This document shows positions 51,676 to 63,136 of a stretch of DNA of 64,000 bases, piece after piece. This stretch comes from an uncultured Gemmatimonadales bacterium (GTDB taxonomy: Bacteria > Gemmatimonadota > Gemmatimonadetes > Longimicrobiales > RSA9). The translations under genes and the position numbers were made by a program. A model generated the notes under the pieces. The model was not told the DNA's origin. It saw only the letters and a program-made list of their open reading frames with translations, and did no database searches. Numbering within the stretch: position 1 is the stretch's first letter; each line of letters starts with the position of its first letter. The stretch lies in the NCBI GenBank assembly GCA_963798085.1, contig CAWCRS010000007.1, positions 1,216,001-1,280,000 of the forward strand, given 5' to 3'.

Positions 51676-52299
51676 GTGAAAGCAAAAGGATCCGAGCCCG
51701 GGCGTCAGGCTAACGGGCATGCTCGTGAAGATTTCCCCGCGGCAGGGGAGAGCGCGCCTTCCGCGGCCGAAGGCGAGGCAGCAGCGGAAGGGCTCGCCGA
51801 AGAAGCCGTGGCGGTGGATGCTGCGGTGGTCGCCGAGCTGGAAGCCGCGCTGGAGAACACACGCGCAGAACTGGCGCAGTCGACAGACCGCCTGCTGCGC
51901 ACGGCAGCCGAATTCGACAACTATCGCAAGCGCACGGAACGCGAGAAGCTCGAAGCATGGGGCAGGGCACAGGCGGATATTGTGGCCCGGCTGCTGGACG
52001 CGATCGACGACCTCGAGCGGGTGGCGCACTACGCCGACAGCACGCCCACGGCTGTGCTGCACGAAGGCGTACTGCTCGTCGAGAAGAAGCTGCGCACGGT
52101 GCTGCAGGCGGCCGGACTGGAGCGCATCGAGGCCGAGGGTGAGATGTTCGATCCGGCGGGTATGGAGGCCATCACCACGGCGCCCGCGGAGCATCCCGAG
52201 GAGGAAGACGTGGTGGCCGATGTGCTGCAGCCGGGATACCGCTTCAAGGGGCAGCTGCTGCGGCCGGCACGCGTGCGTGTGAAGAAGTACGAGGCGTGA
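51676..52299 (+). CDS. grpE: Nucleotide exchange factor GrpE
   Basis: [38 protein letters not shown] start after GGGAGG. Confidence 0.96.
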   Translation: MKAKGSEPGRQANGHAREDFPAAGESAPSAAEGEAAAEGLAEEAVAVDAAVVAELEAALENTRAELAQSTDRLLRTAAEFDNYRKRTEREKLEAWGRAQADIVARLLDAIDDLERVAHYADSTPTAVLHEGVLLVEKKLRTVLQAAGLERIEAEGEMFDPAGMEAITTAPAEHPEEEDVVADVLQPGYRFKGQLLRPARVRVKKYEA

Positions 52300-52303
52300 G
52301 GCG

Positions 52304-53420
52304 ATGGCCACACGATCGAAGGATTACTATCAGACCCTGGGCGTAACCGAATCGGCTTCGCCCGAAGACATCAAGAAGGCCTACCGGCGCCTCGCCAAGC
52401 AGTACCATCCGGACGCGAATCCTAACAATCCGTCAGCGTCCGAACGCTTCAAGGAAGTGGGCGAAGCGTACTCCGTGCTGAGCGACGCGGAGAAGCGCAA
52501 GCAGTACGACCAGAATGCGCAAGCTGGGTCCGTTCGCCGGCTTTGGCGGGTTCGGCAGCGGCTCGCGACCGACCACCGGCCAGACCACGGAGACGCATTT
52601 CAGCTTCGAGGACCTGAGCGACCTCGGTGGCCTGGGTGATCTCTTCGGCTCCTTCTTCGATCGCGGCAAGCGCAAGCGCGGCAGCCGGGGCGAGCCCGCC
52701 CGCGGGCGTGACGTCGAATACGTGGTCGAGATCCCGTTCACGGTGGCAGCGCGCGGCGGCAAGGTGAACATCACCGTGCCTTTCACCGACGACTGCCCGG
52801 TCTGCAACGGCAGCGGCAACGCGCCCGGCACCAAGCCCAGGACCTGTCCCGAGTGCAACGGGAAGGGAACCATATCGTTCGGCCAGGGCGGCTTTGCGGT
52901 GAGCCGGCCCTGTCCCATGTGCCTCGGTCGAGGCCAGATCCCGACGGTGCCGTGCTCACGCTGCGGCGGCAGTGGTCAGATCAGCGAACAGCGACAGATC
53001 CTGCTGACCGTGCCATCGGGCGTCGACACGGGCTCCAAGCTGCGTCTTTCCGGACAGGGCGAGAAGGGGGAAGCCGGCACGCCTGCGGGCGATCTGCTCA
53101 TCACCTTCAAGGTGCAGCCGCACTCGTTCTTCCGGCGCGAGGGCCTGGACGTGCACACGTCGATACCCATCAACATCGCGCAGGCGCTGCTGGGCTCGAA
53201 GGTGCGCGTGAAGACCGTCAATGGGAAGAAGGTCACGCTCAAGATCCCGCCCGGCACGCAGTCCGGGACGCGCTTCCGCATTGCCGGGCAGGGCGTGGAA
53301 AAGGGCGGCCGGCGCGGCGATCAGTACGTGCAGGTGCGCATTGAGGTGCCGGAGAACCTGACGCCCGAGCAGGAAAAGCTGGCGCAGGATTTCGCGAAGT
53401 CGGCGGAGCTGAAGTACTGA
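52304..53420 (+). CDS. dnaJ: Chaperone DnaJ (frameshift at ~52514)
   Basis: J-domain with HPD, G/F region, four CxxCxGxG repeats. Extra A in CAG(A)ATG. Confidence 0.95.
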
Positions 53421-53438
53421 AGCGCTGCTAACTACCAG

Positions 53439-54605
53439 TTATGGCGTGTTTTCCGCTGCCGGATGCGGTGCGATGCGGCCGCCACCGGTCAGTTCCTCAG
53501 CGCGATAGATCACGCCGGACTGGCCGGGCGTGACCGCGCGCTGCGGCTGCGCGAAGCGCAGACTGGCCGTGGCCGCGTCGATATGCTCGACCACCGCCTC
53601 CACGGCGGGTGCGCGATGGCGCAGCTGGATGCGCACGATCTCGCCATCCTGCGGTGGCCGGGCGAGCCAGTTCAGGTCGCGCAACGTGACGCTCGCGACT
53701 GCCAGCTCGTCCTTCGTGCCCACCACCACTTCCCGTGTCGCGGGCCTGACGCCCAGCACATAGAGCGGCAGGCCGTGACCGCCGCCCAGGCCGCGACGCT
53801 GGCCCACCGTGTAGCGCGCATAACCGTCGTGTTCGCCCACCACGCGACCGTCACGCGTCACCAGTGCGCCGGGCGCGAGCGCGGCGTGATCATGACCCAG
53901 CCGTGTCGCCAGAAAATCGCCGTAGTCACCCGAGGGCACGAAGCAGATCTCCTGCGATTCCGGTTTGTCCGCCGTGACCAGACCGAGCCGGCGGGCGTAC
54001 GCGCGCACTTCCGGCTTGCCCAGTTCACCCACCGGGAAGCTCAGGCTGGCCACCACCGCACGCGGCAGGCCCCACAGGAAATAGCTCTGGTCCTTGGCCC
54101 GGTCGCGGCCGCGCAGGATGCGAACATCACTGTTCGCAGATCGCTGCACCCGCGCGTAGTGGCCCGTGGCAATGACGCGAGCGCCGAAGGCACGGCCGCG
54201 GCGCAGCAGGTCGGGAATCTTCGTGTTGGAGTTGCAGCGCACGCAGGGGTTGGGCGTGCGGCCGGCGACGTACTCGGTCACGAAATCGTCGATCACGTCC
54301 TGCGTGAACGATTCCTCCATGTCGAAGACGTAGTGCGGAATACCGAGGCGGTCCGCGACGCGGCGGGCATCCATGATGCCGTCCAGCCCGCAGCACGTGC
54401 GCGCGTGCGCCTTCGTGCCCGAGTAGCAGAACGTCTTCATGGTCACACCCACCACCGTGTGACCCTGCTCCACGAGCAGAGCCGCCGCCACGGAGGAATC
54501 GACGCCGCCCGACATGGCGACCAGTACCGGATGCGGCTCCACGGGCTGCGTGACTCGAGTCTCGGCGACTGCGATTCCCGTGCGCTGCCCGTCTGGCGGC
54601 TGCAT
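53439..54605 (-). CDS. mnmA: tRNA 2-thiouridine(34) synthase MnmA
   Basis: [39 protein letters not shown]. Confidence 0.97.
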   Translation of the reverse strand: MQPPDGQRTGIAVAETRVTQPVEPHPVLVAMSGGVDSSVAAALLVEQGHTVVGVTMKTFCYSGTKAHARTCCGLDGIMDARRVADRLGIPHYVFDMEESFTQDVIDDFVTEYVAGRTPNPCVRCNSNTKIPDLLRRGRAFGARVIATGHYARVQRSANSDVRILRGRDRAKDQSYFLWGLPRAVVASLSFPVGELGKPEVRAYARRLGLVTADKPESQEICFVPSGDYGDFLATRLGHDHAALAPGALVTRDGRVVGEHDGYARYTVGQRRGLGGGHGLPLYVLGVRPATREVVVGTKDELAVASVTLRDLNWLARPPQDGEIVRIQLRHRAPAVEAVVEHIDAATASLRFAQPQRAVTPGQSGVIYRAEELTGGGRIAPHPAAENTP

Positions 54606-55747
54606 TAGACGAGGGCGAGGACGCGGCCGGCGACGGCGGGCAGCACGTCGATCGCGCGATCCACATCGGCGACCTTCGTCGTGCGGCCCAGTGACAGGCG
54701 GATGGAAGCGCCGTGCGCCAGCACGCGGCCCATTGCGGCTAACACGTGGCTTGGTTCTGCCGCCCCGCTCTGGCAGGCGGAGGCGACGGACACCGCGATG
54801 CCCTCGAGGTCGAGCGCCACCAGCAGTGCCTCCTGGTCCACGTCGGGAATGGAAACGTGGAGGATGTGAGGCAGGCGAGTCGCCTTGCCGCCGTTCACCA
54901 CCAGACCCGGTACGCGCTCGGCCAGCGCCAGCTCCAGCCGGTCACGCAGGTCCGCGAGCCGTTTCGCCTCATGCTCCTGTTCCGACGCGGCCAGCTCCGC
55001 CGCCAACGCCAGGCCCACCGCGCCGGCGACATTCTCGGTGCCGGGTCGAAGATGGTGCTCCTGGCCGCCGCCGTGCTCCAGCGCGGCCAGTGCGACACCG
55101 TCACGCCGGAACAGCACGCCCGTGCCCTTCGGTCCACCGAACTTGTGCGCGCTGAGGGAGAGCATGTCGCAGGGCGTCTCGTCCACGCGCACGCGCACCT
55201 TGCCGAATGCCTGGACCGCGTCGCTGTGAAAGGGGACCGATGCGGCGCGGCAGCGTCCACCGATCTCGCCGACCGGCTGCAGTGTGCCTACCTCGTTGTT
55301 GCCCCACATCACGCTGACCACACATGGATGCAAGGAGAGCGCTTCGTCCAGCAGGCCCGGATCGACGCGACCCTCCGTGTCCACGCCGAGCAGCATCAGC
55401 GGCGCGCCTTCGCGGTGAGCCGCCCCCGCCGCGAGCAGCACGGCCTTGTGCTCGATCGCCGAGCAGACGACCGCCGCATCGGGCCGGTTCGCGCCACGCC
55501 AGGCGCCGAGGATCGCGAGGTTGTCGGACTCCGTGCCGCAGCCCGTGAACAGGATTTCCGCGCGGCTCGCCCCCAGCACCGCCGCCACCCGCTCCCTCGA
55601 CTCTTCCAGCGCCGCCCTCGCCTCGCGACCCCAGCGATGCGAACTGGAAGGGTTGCCGAAACACTCGCTGAGCAGCGGCTCCATGGCGGCCCGCACTTCC
55701 GGCCGCACCGGCGTCGTCGCCGCATTGTCGAGGTAGATCGGCTGCAC
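54605..55747 (-). CDS. iscS: Cysteine desulfurase (IscS/NifS-like)
   Basis: [35 protein letters not shown]. Confidence 0.93.
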   Translation of the reverse strand: MQPIYLDNAATTPVRPEVRAAMEPLLSECFGNPSSSHRWGREARAALEESRERVAAVLGASRAEILFTGCGTESDNLAILGAWRGANRPDAAVVCSAIEHKAVLLAAGAAHREGAPLMLLGVDTEGRVDPGLLDEALSLHPCVVSVMWGNNEVGTLQPVGEIGGRCRAASVPFHSDAVQAFGKVRVRVDETPCDMLSLSAHKFGGPKGTGVLFRRDGVALAALEHGGGQEHHLRPGTENVAGAVGLALAAELAASEQEHEAKRLADLRDRLELALAERVPGLVVNGGKATRLPHILHVSIPDVDQEALLVALDLEGIAVSVASACQSGAAEPSHVLAAMGRVLAHGASIRLSLGRTTKVADVDRAIDVLPAVAGRVLALV

Positions 55748-55858
55748 GCAGAACCTCCCGGGACTGGACGCTGTTGCCTTGCGGGCGAGCGGTCGGCGGG
55801 GGCGGTAACAGGCCTGTGACTCTGGCAGCCCCCGCCGGCCGCGGGTAAATTACCCCGC

Positions 55859-56200
55859 ATGGGACGCTCCGCACCACCGCCGCTCCCTCCCTTTTCCGCG
55901 CCCCGGTTCCGCGCCACAGTGCACGGTACGGTCTTCTGCGACCGGTCGGCCCAGCTGGCGCGAATCCAGGAAGGCGACGAATTGGTCATCATCCCCGGCC
56001 CGCCACTCGACGATCAACCCGGTGTCTGGGTACATCTGCCCGGAGGCGACCTCATCGGCCACCTCCCACCCGAAATCGAAGCCTGGCTGTCACCCTGGAT
56101 GCTGCGCGGCGGCCGCGCGACTGCTCGCGCCGTCCGCGTCGCCGGCACCGAAGTCCCCAGCTGGCGACGACTCGTAATTGAGGTCAGCTGTTCGGCGTAG
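55859..56200 (+). CDS. Stand-alone HIRAN-like domain protein
   Basis: TVHGT.F, GDELVIIP, VWVH..G..IGHLP pattern typical of HIRAN. Confidence 0.7.
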   Translation: MGRSAPPPLPPFSAPRFRATVHGTVFCDRSAQLARIQEGDELVIIPGPPLDDQPGVWVHLPGGDLIGHLPPEIEAWLSPWMLRGGRATARAVRVAGTEVPSWRRLVIEVSCSA

Positions 56201-56465
56201 AACGGATCGGACTGCGTTGCTGGGGCTGGTTGCTCGGGAACGACCGTCGCGGACACACAGGCGTTGCCGGGTCGGCAACTGCTGAACCGGACGAAGGCCA
56301 CACCGGAGGCGAGCGCCGGCAGCCAGTCGCCTTCACGCGCCTAACCCTTGGTTATTCAATACACCGGTAGCCGGCTCCAGCAGCCAGCCTGAGCACCGCT
56401 TTTCAATCCGGTCCCCAGCAACCTGCCCCAGCAACCAGCCCCAGAAACGCCGTCGGAATCCGTTC
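56200..56465. repeat. Intergenic element bounded by long imperfect inverted repeats
   Basis: 56214-56238 matches the reverse complement of 56426-56450 at 23/25 and extends imperfectly to about 39 bp. Three 13-nt CCCCAGCAACCWG-like units at 56413-56451. Confidence 0.7.
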
Positions 56466-56466
56466 C

Positions 56467-57183
56467 TCAGATGCTGTTGACCTCGAGTCCGACGACGTCA
56501 TCGACGCGCAGGGTTTCACGGATCCAGTAGGGTTCGCCGAAAGGGCGGCGGATGAAGGAGCCGTAGTGCGCGGCGTGGATGCGGACCTGGTCATAGAGCG
56601 AGCGCTCGCCGCCACCGAACACATCGCCCACCGCAATCCTGCCATCGAACTGGGAACCGTAGGCGCGGATCGCTTCCACCTTGCGGTCGATCTGCTCCGT
56701 GATGTCGACGACGAAGCTGGGCTGCAGCGCTTCTTCGCGGAACGACATTGAGTAGATCACCTTCGCGGGTCGGTGAGGTGTGCCTTCGACGGGTGCGCGC
56801 GAGAGGCCTGCGACGAAGCAGGCATCCCATCCCAGCTGGGAGGCCACGCGGTGATCCGGGTGGCGGCCTTCCGGATAATGCAGGATCACGGTGCGCGGGC
56901 GCAGGCGCCGGATCAGGCCTGCCACGATGGCCCTGGCCTCGGGCGTGTTCTGCAGTGCGCCATCGGGCAGGCCCGCCGTCAGCCGCTCGGCGAGGTTGAG
57001 GATGCGCGTTGCGGCTTCCGCTTCCACACGACGCTGCGCGGCACTGCCCGCCGAGCCGCGTTCGCCGCCCGTCAGATCGATGACCGCGGTCGAGTGCCCC
57101 TGATCGGCAGCGCGCAGCAGCACACCGCCGCAAAGCAGCTCGGCATCATCAGGGTGCGCCATGATGGCAACGAGATCGGCCAT
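56467..57183 (-). CDS. bshB1: Bacillithiol biosynthesis deacetylase BshB1 (PIG-L family)
   Basis: AHPDDAEL, DLTGGE, RHPDH, AYGSQF. Confidence 0.8.
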   Translation of the reverse strand: MADLVAIMAHPDDAELLCGGVLLRAADQGHSTAVIDLTGGERGSAGSAAQRRVEAEAATRILNLAERLTAGLPDGALQNTPEARAIVAGLIRRLRPRTVILHYPEGRHPDHRVASQLGWDACFVAGLSRAPVEGTPHRPAKVIYSMSFREEALQPSFVVDITEQIDRKVEAIRAYGSQFDGRIAVGDVFGGGERSLYDQVRIHAAHYGSFIRRPFGEPYWIRETLRVDDVVGLEVNSI

Positions 57184-57295
57184 GATCGTACGCTTGTCAG
57201 GTCAGTGTGGAGCTTCACGGGATACCGCCGGCGCGAAGGCGCGCCGGCTGACCAACTCCTGCACAGTCGACGCAGTTCCCTGGCGCCGCACCCAC

Positions 57296-58534
57296 CTACT
57301 CGTAGCGCAGTGCCGCCACCGGGTCGAGATGCGAGGCCTTCCACGCCGGCCAGAGGCCGAACGCGATGCCGGCGATCGCCGCCATGGTGAGTGCCGCGAC
57401 AATGGCCGGAATGGGCACGGCCGCAGGAATGGGCGACACGGCCGCGATGAGGAATGCCGTGCCCGCGCCGAACGCCATGCCGATGGCGCTGCCGATAACG
57501 GTCAGCGTCATGGCTTCGAAGAGGAACTGCCAGAGGATCTCGTGGCGCGTGGCGCCGATCGCCTTGCGGATGCCGATCTCACGGGTGCGTTCGGTCACCG
57601 CGATCATCATGACCGCGATCACCCCGACGCCGCCCACCATGAGGGCGACCGACGACAGGGCGATCATGATGACGAAGAACGCGGCCGTGAAGCGATTGAA
57701 GGTCTCCACCATCTGCTCCTGCTTCACGACCGCGAAGTTGTTGTCTTCGACCGGGCGCAGACCGCGCGACGTGCGGAGCAGGGTAATAACCTGATCGATG
57801 GCGACGTCCTGCGAGGCGATGGGCGACGTGACCACAAACACGCCGAGCATGCCGTCCCAGGCGTTCAAGTGCTTGATGGCCGAAGTGTAGGGCATGATGG
57901 CCATGTTCTTCTGCAGGCTCGAGAAGATGGTCTCGGCCATACGCATCACACCGATCACCTCGAAAGGCACGCCGTTGATGCGGATGGTGCGGCCAATGGG
58001 TTCGAGCGAGCCAAACAGCGTGGTAGCCAGATTATCCGAGATCAGCACGACGCGATTGGCGGAGCGCACGTCATTGGCCAGCATGTCGTGGCCGGAGAGA
58101 ATGGTGGCGTGCGTGAAGGCGCCCCAGCCCTGCTCCCGCCCGGCGATGGACACGCCCGGCAGCCGCTGCGTGCCGAACGTGAACTCGCCGTTCAGGTCCA
58201 GCCCCACGACAGTGCGTTTGATGGCGGGCAGCTGACCGATGGCGTGCGCTTCCTCCACTGTCACCCTGGGATTGTTGCCCCAGGGAGGACCATGGCGGGG
58301 CCCGGTGATGCGCACATCGTTGATGTTGAAACGGCCGACGTAGAAGTTGCTGGCGCCGGCCGCGTCGAACTCGGCCAGGATGGTCGAGCGGATGCCGGTG
58401 ATCATGGCGCTGATGGTCATGACCGTGGCCACGCCGACGACGATGCCGAGAATGGTGAGGCCGGAGCGGAAGCGATTGTTGCGCAGCTGCTCCAGCGCGA
58501 GGCGGGCGCCTTCCTGAAAGCTCTCGATGCGCAT
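57296..58534 (-). CDS. MacB-like ABC transporter permease
   Basis: RSGLTILGIVVG, VTERTREIGIRKAIGA, LDPVAALRYE. Confidence 0.93.
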   Translation of the reverse strand: MRIESFQEGARLALEQLRNNRFRSGLTILGIVVGVATVMTISAMITGIRSTILAEFDAAGASNFYVGRFNINDVRITGPRHGPPWGNNPRVTVEEAHAIGQLPAIKRTVVGLDLNGEFTFGTQRLPGVSIAGREQGWGAFTHATILSGHDMLANDVRSANRVVLISDNLATTLFGSLEPIGRTIRINGVPFEVIGVMRMAETIFSSLQKNMAIMPYTSAIKHLNAWDGMLGVFVVTSPIASQDVAIDQVITLLRTSRGLRPVEDNNFAVVKQEQMVETFNRFTAAFFVIMIALSSVALMVGGVGVIAVMMIAVTERTREIGIRKAIGATRHEILWQFLFEAMTLTVIGSAIGMAFGAGTAFLIAAVSPIPAAVPIPAIVAALTMAAIAGIAFGLWPAWKASHLDPVAALRYE

Positions 58535-58536
58535 GA

Positions 58537-59779
58537 CTATTCCGCGCGCAGTGCGACCACGGGATCCATGCGGGCCGCGCGCGCCGCGGGGTAGAGACCC
58601 GCCAGCACGCCCACGCCTACACCCATGACCACGGACAGGATGATCCAGGTGGGTGCAATGGCGGCGGGCAGGGGCGAGACAGCGCGCACGATCTGGGCGA
58701 GGACGATGCCAATGATGATGCCGATGGTGGCGCCCATTCCGGCGAGGGCGGCCGATTCGATCAGCACCTGCAAATGGATGTCGCTGCGCCGCGCGCCAAT
58801 GGCCTTGCGGACGCCGATCTCGTGTGTGCGCTCGGTGACCGACACGAGCATGATATTCATGATACGATGCCGCCCACCACCAGCGCGATAGCCACCAGTC
58901 CGGGGAACGCCACCAGAAGGATGCGGCTTATGCGTTGCCAGAAATCGATGGCGACCTTCAGCCGTGTCGATGGCGAAATCGTTTTCATGCGCGGCGGCGC
59001 AGCCGGTGACGCACGCGCATGGTCGACTCGATGTCGAGCAAGCGCGGTCCATGTCCTGCTCGCGGTTCACGCGCACCATGATGGCGCCACGATGCCGTGC
59101 GGATTGACGAGCGTGCCATGAGCCGAGTGCGCGGGCGCCACCGCATAATTGTCGAGTGACATGCCGAGCAGCGTGCCCCTCTTCTCCAGCACGCCCACGA
59201 CGGTGAACGGCGTGTGCTGTCGACCTTCACCATGCGGCCGACGGATCGAGGTGGCGAACAGGTTTGTCGGCGCGTCTCCCAGCCCAGCACGATGACCGGC
59301 GCACCGGCCCGATCCTCGGACGGGGAAAACGGGCGACCGGCCACCAGGTTGTAGTTGCGGATACGGAACATCTCCGGTGACGCCGCGATGAGCTGCACGT
59401 TCTCGACCTCAGTGCCGGTCTCGCTGACCAGGTGGCCGCCGACTGGCTGAATACGCCCACCAGTCCCGGACACCGAGAGGTTCTGGCGAACGGCATCGGC
59501 GTCGGCAAAACGCAGGGGCGGCCGACGCTGATAGTCGCGGCGGTCATCCTTGTTGGCGCTGACGTCGAATTCGGGCGTGCGCGCCAGGGTAGCGTGTTGA
59601 TGCCGAACACGGCATTGGCGAAGTCGTGCTCGATGTAGCGGTTCATGCCCTCGACCACGCTGAGCCACGGTGATCAGGAACATGACGCCGATGATGACGC
59701 CGACGACGGAGAAGAAGCTCTTCAGCTTCTGCGTCCGGATCTGCAGCAGGGCGAGGCGGACGCCCTCGCGGGCGTTCAT
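58537..59779 (-). CDS. MacB-like ABC transporter permease (several frameshifts, probably low-quality sequence)
   Basis: KSFFSVVGVIIG, FWQRISRILLVAFPG and IMNIMLVSVTERTHEIG...DPVVALRAE are spread over different frames. Confidence 0.85.
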
Positions 59780-59783
59780 GGCA

Positions 59784-60495
59784 TCAGACGAGGGCGGGCG
59801 CGTCGCGACGCACGTCGCTGGCGATCACGCCATCCTTCAGCGTGACGGCGCGGTGCGCACGTTCCGCGATGTCATGCTCGTGCGTGACCAGCACAATGGT
59901 CTGGCCCTCCACATGCAGCTGGTCCAGTACGTTCATGATTTCCGAGCTCGTCTGGCTGTCCAGGTTGCCGGTGGGCTCGTCTGCGAGCAGCAGGGCAGGC
60001 ACGTTGATGAGGGCACGCGCAATGGCCACGCGCTGGCGCTGTCCGCCCGACAGCTCGGAGGGCCTGTGATTCATGCGCTCGCCCAGACCCACGCGATCCA
60101 GCATCTCGGCGCGCGCGGCGACGCCGCTCCTTGGCGCCCACGCCGCCATAGATCAGCGGTAACTCGACGTTATGGAGCGCCGTGGCGCGCGGCAGCAGAT
60201 TGAAGGTCTGGAAGACGAAGCCGATCTCGCGGTTGCGGATGCGCGCCAGCTCGTTGTCGCTGCGCCGGGAAACCGGCTGCCCGTTGAGCCAGTACTCCCC
60301 GCCCGAGGGCGTGTCGAGGCAGCCGATCAGGTTCATGAACGTGGACTTGCCCGAGCCGGATGGGCCCATGATGGCGACGTATTCATTGGGGTTCACGACC
60401 AGGTCGACACCGCGCAGAGCGTGCACGGTCTCGGAGCCCAGCTGATAATCCTTTGTCAGTCTCTCCGTCCGGATGACGGCCGTCAGTTCACTCAT
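59784..60495 (-). CDS. ABC transporter ATP-binding protein, MacB/LolD-like (frameshift at ~60115)
   Basis: GPSGSGKST and GFVFQTFNL, then [22 protein letters not shown] and VTHE in another frame. Confidence 0.93.
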
Positions 60496-60502
60496 GATCT
60501 GT

Positions 60503-61816
60503 TCAACCACCCGTTGTTCGGTTGCTGGCCGCGGTACGGCCAGTGCTGTTGGCGTCCGGCATTCTGCGGACGACATCGCCGTCGTGCAGCGTACGAATCG
60601 CATCATAGGGGCCGGCCACCACGGAATCACCCGGGTTCAGGCCGGACACCACTTCGAAGTGCTCGCGTCCGGAAATACCGATCTGGACGGGCACGAAATG
60701 CGCCTTGCCGTCACGCACCACGAAAACGCCCTCGATGTCGTTCGTGGGCTGTGTGGCGCCCTGCGCCGCGGCTCTCGCCTGCGGATCCTCCTGCGGCAGG
60801 ACACGCACGTCACCGCGCTCGCGTACCGTCAGCGCGATGATGGGTATGGACAGCACATCCCTGCGCGTGTCCGTCACTACATCCGCCGTGGCGGAGAGAT
60901 CGGGCCGCAGCGTGGGCGGCGGCTGCACCAGCCGGATCACTACCTCGAAGTCCACCGCCTGGCCCTGGCCTGCGCCCGTACCGGGCGAATTCTCATCCGG
61001 CGGCCGGACCGAGCTGTGCGACACTTCCGTCACGCGACCCACGAACTTCTGCTTGGGGAACGCGTCAATACTGATCTGCGCGCTATCGCCCAGCTGGATC
61101 TCCGGCACATCGGTTTCATCCACCCGCACCACCGCTTCCATCACGGACAGGTCGGCAATGGTGAGCAGCAGACTGCCGGAGTTGTTCATGGTGCCGACAA
61201 TCGCCGTTTCGCCCTCCTCGACCTTGAGGCGGGTAATTGTGCCATTCATGGCCGCGCGGATCACCGTCTTGCTCAGCTGGTCGAGCGCTTCGTTCAATGA
61301 CGCCCTTGCCTGCAGCGTGCCGTACTGCGCCGCTTCCAGCAGCTGCTTCTGCACGGTCACCTGCGTCTCGGCCTCTTCCAGCGCCTGCCGGCTCACGAGC
61401 ACGGTGTCCACGCCTGCAAGTTGACGCGTTCGGTCCGCATTCCGTTGGGCCTGAATGTAGTTCGCGTTGCTCTGCGCCTCCCTCGCCTGCGCCTCGCTGA
61501 GGGCACCGCGCGAACGCTCGACAGCCGCCTCGTACTGGCTGGGATCGATGCGCAGCAGCGTATCGCCGCGGTGCACACGCTGTCCTTCCACGACACGCAG
61601 ATCGATGACGCGGCCCATGATGTCCGACTGCACATCCACCTTGCGATTCGGCCGGATCCAGCCACTCGCGTTCACGACCGAGACCAAGTCGCGGCGCTGC
61701 GCCGGCTCGACGCGCACCTGCACACCCTTGGGACGACGCACCACGATGATCAATGGTACGGCGACGATCGTGAGCAGGATGGCGAACCCGATGCCGAACT
61801 TTGCCCCTCTACCCAT
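60503..61816 (-). CDS. Efflux periplasmic adaptor subunit (MacA/HlyD-like)
   Basis: N-terminal [18 protein letters not shown], coiled hairpin, VDETDV, EVVSGL. Confidence 0.92.
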   Translation of the reverse strand: MGRGAKFGIGFAILLTIVAVPLIIVVRRPKGVQVRVEPAQRRDLVSVVNASGWIRPNRKVDVQSDIMGRVIDLRVVEGQRVHRGDTLLRIDPSQYEAAVERSRGALSEAQAREAQSNANYIQAQRNADRTRQLAGVDTVLVSRQALEEAETQVTVQKQLLEAAQYGTLQARASLNEALDQLSKTVIRAAMNGTITRLKVEEGETAIVGTMNNSGSLLLTIADLSVMEAVVRVDETDVPEIQLGDSAQISIDAFPKQKFVGRVTEVSHSSVRPPDENSPGTGAGQGQAVDFEVVIRLVQPPPTLRPDLSATADVVTDTRRDVLSIPIIALTVRERGDVRVLPQEDPQARAAAQGATQPTNDIEGVFVVRDGKAHFVPVQIGISGREHFEVVSGLNPGDSVVAGPYDAIRTLHDGDVVRRMPDANSTGRTAASNRTTGG

Positions 61817-62148
61817 TCAGAATCTTCCTCGCTGGCGAATGAAAGCTCCGACCGCCCTTTCCCTGCGCCCCGGCGGTGCGGAACGGCGGCGCTGGTGCCC
61901 GGCCCGTGCCGCCCCGCACCGGCACGGCACCGCGCCCCAATGCAGGAAACGGCGGCCCACGCGGGCCGCGAACACGGATGTTCGCAGCGCCGAACGCCTG
62001 GGAAGCGGCCGGATACCGCCTCCGGAAACTGTGAGCGAGGGCCTTGCGCCGGTGACCGTACGACAGCCCGCAACCGGCAGTTTCGCGCGCCGGCCGCAGT
62101 CACGAACACTGTGCATGGGTGGCACGCCGAGGCGGCGCGGCAGTCGCA

Positions 62149-62856
62149 TCAGCGGGGCAGCGTCGTGCGTTCGGCGACGTAATTGCGGGCAGGAATCTCC
62201 AGCCGCAGGATCCGATCGTCCGAATCGGTCCAGACGTTGCGCGTCTCACCGCCCGGCTCCGTGATCACGAGCTTGCGCGCCTGCACCGGCTGACCCGCGA
62301 CGGTAATCGCCACATTGGGTTGGACCGTGACATCCACGAATGCCTGTTTGCCGGCCCGCGGCAGAATCACCGGTATGTGCACCTCGCCCGCATGGGCGCG
62401 CATGGCGAGCACGAAATACTGGTGCGCCACGGCATCATCGATCACGACTGCGCCTTCACTCACGAGATACTCGCGCATGTTCTCGCCCGCGTTCGACACA
62501 ATGCGGGCGCTGACGCGACGCCCCGTCACCTGGCCGCTCAGCCTGTCACCGCCCCGTCCGCCCACTTCGATCTGGTAGGAAGCAGGACGCAGCGATGCAC
62601 CCGCCAGCTGCACGCTCGAGCGCACATCGCCACCACTGTCGCTCTCCAGCGTGACACGGCCGCGCAGTGTCACCGCGGCGTCCGGTCCGTTGCCGTTGCG
62701 ACTGATGACGAATGTCTCGCTGCCCACTTCACGACCCTGCACCAGCAGCCGGAACGTGCCTTCGTCCAGCGTTGCGGTCTGTGCGCGCACAGCGCGTGGC
62801 GTCGCGACCACAAACAGCATCAGCCCCACGGGAAGCGTGCATAGCAGTCGTCGCAT
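62149..62856 (-). CDS. Secreted beta-rich hypothetical protein
   Basis: Signal peptide (MRRLL...AVRA-QT), VGSETF, VWTDSDDRILRLEIP. Confidence 0.75.
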   Translation of the reverse strand: MRRLLCTLPVGLMLFVVATPRAVRAQTATLDEGTFRLLVQGREVGSETFVISRNGNGPDAAVTLRGRVTLESDSGGDVRSSVQLAGASLRPASYQIEVGGRGGDRLSGQVTGRRVSARIVSNAGENMREYLVSEGAVVIDDAVAHQYFVLAMRAHAGEVHIPVILPRAGKQAFVDVTVQPNVAITVAGQPVQARKLVITEPGGETRNVWTDSDDRILRLEIPARNYVAERTTLPR

Positions 62857-63136
62857 CAAGCCCTCTCGGTGGAAAGACCCCACCGGTCTACCCCCCGGGC
62901 GCGAACGTGGTTCGGTCGCGCCAGCGCCGCGCGCATGTTTTCGACAATCGCCACCAGAACCGGCATTCCGTTTACAGATTCAGTACGGATAACCCTGACA
63001 GACCTTCATTTCCGGTCCCTGCCACACTGCTGCCGTATAACCACCCATATGCAACCACATGCCGTCACCTCGTACGGGGCCGGATTCCAGTGCAGCATCA
63101 CCCCGGCCACTCGGCGCACGGCGCGGTGAGTCTGTG

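Noticed and set aside
56413..56451. CRISPR array
   Set aside because: Units are 13 nt, adjacent and have no spacers; no cas genes in the window.
58537..60495. Decayed ABC transporter
   Set aside because: Indels cluster in about 1.5 kb while motifs and partner genes are intact, which fits a low-quality consensus better. True decay cannot be fully excluded.
61817..62148. ORF or ncRNA upstream of the efflux adaptor gene
   Set aside because: Only Arg/Ala/Pro-rich spurious frames and short GC hairpins; no recognisable motif.
63049..63064. Sigma54 promoter on the minus strand (CGGCATGTGGTTGCAT)
   Set aside because: GG-to-GC spacing is 9 nt rather than the required 10.
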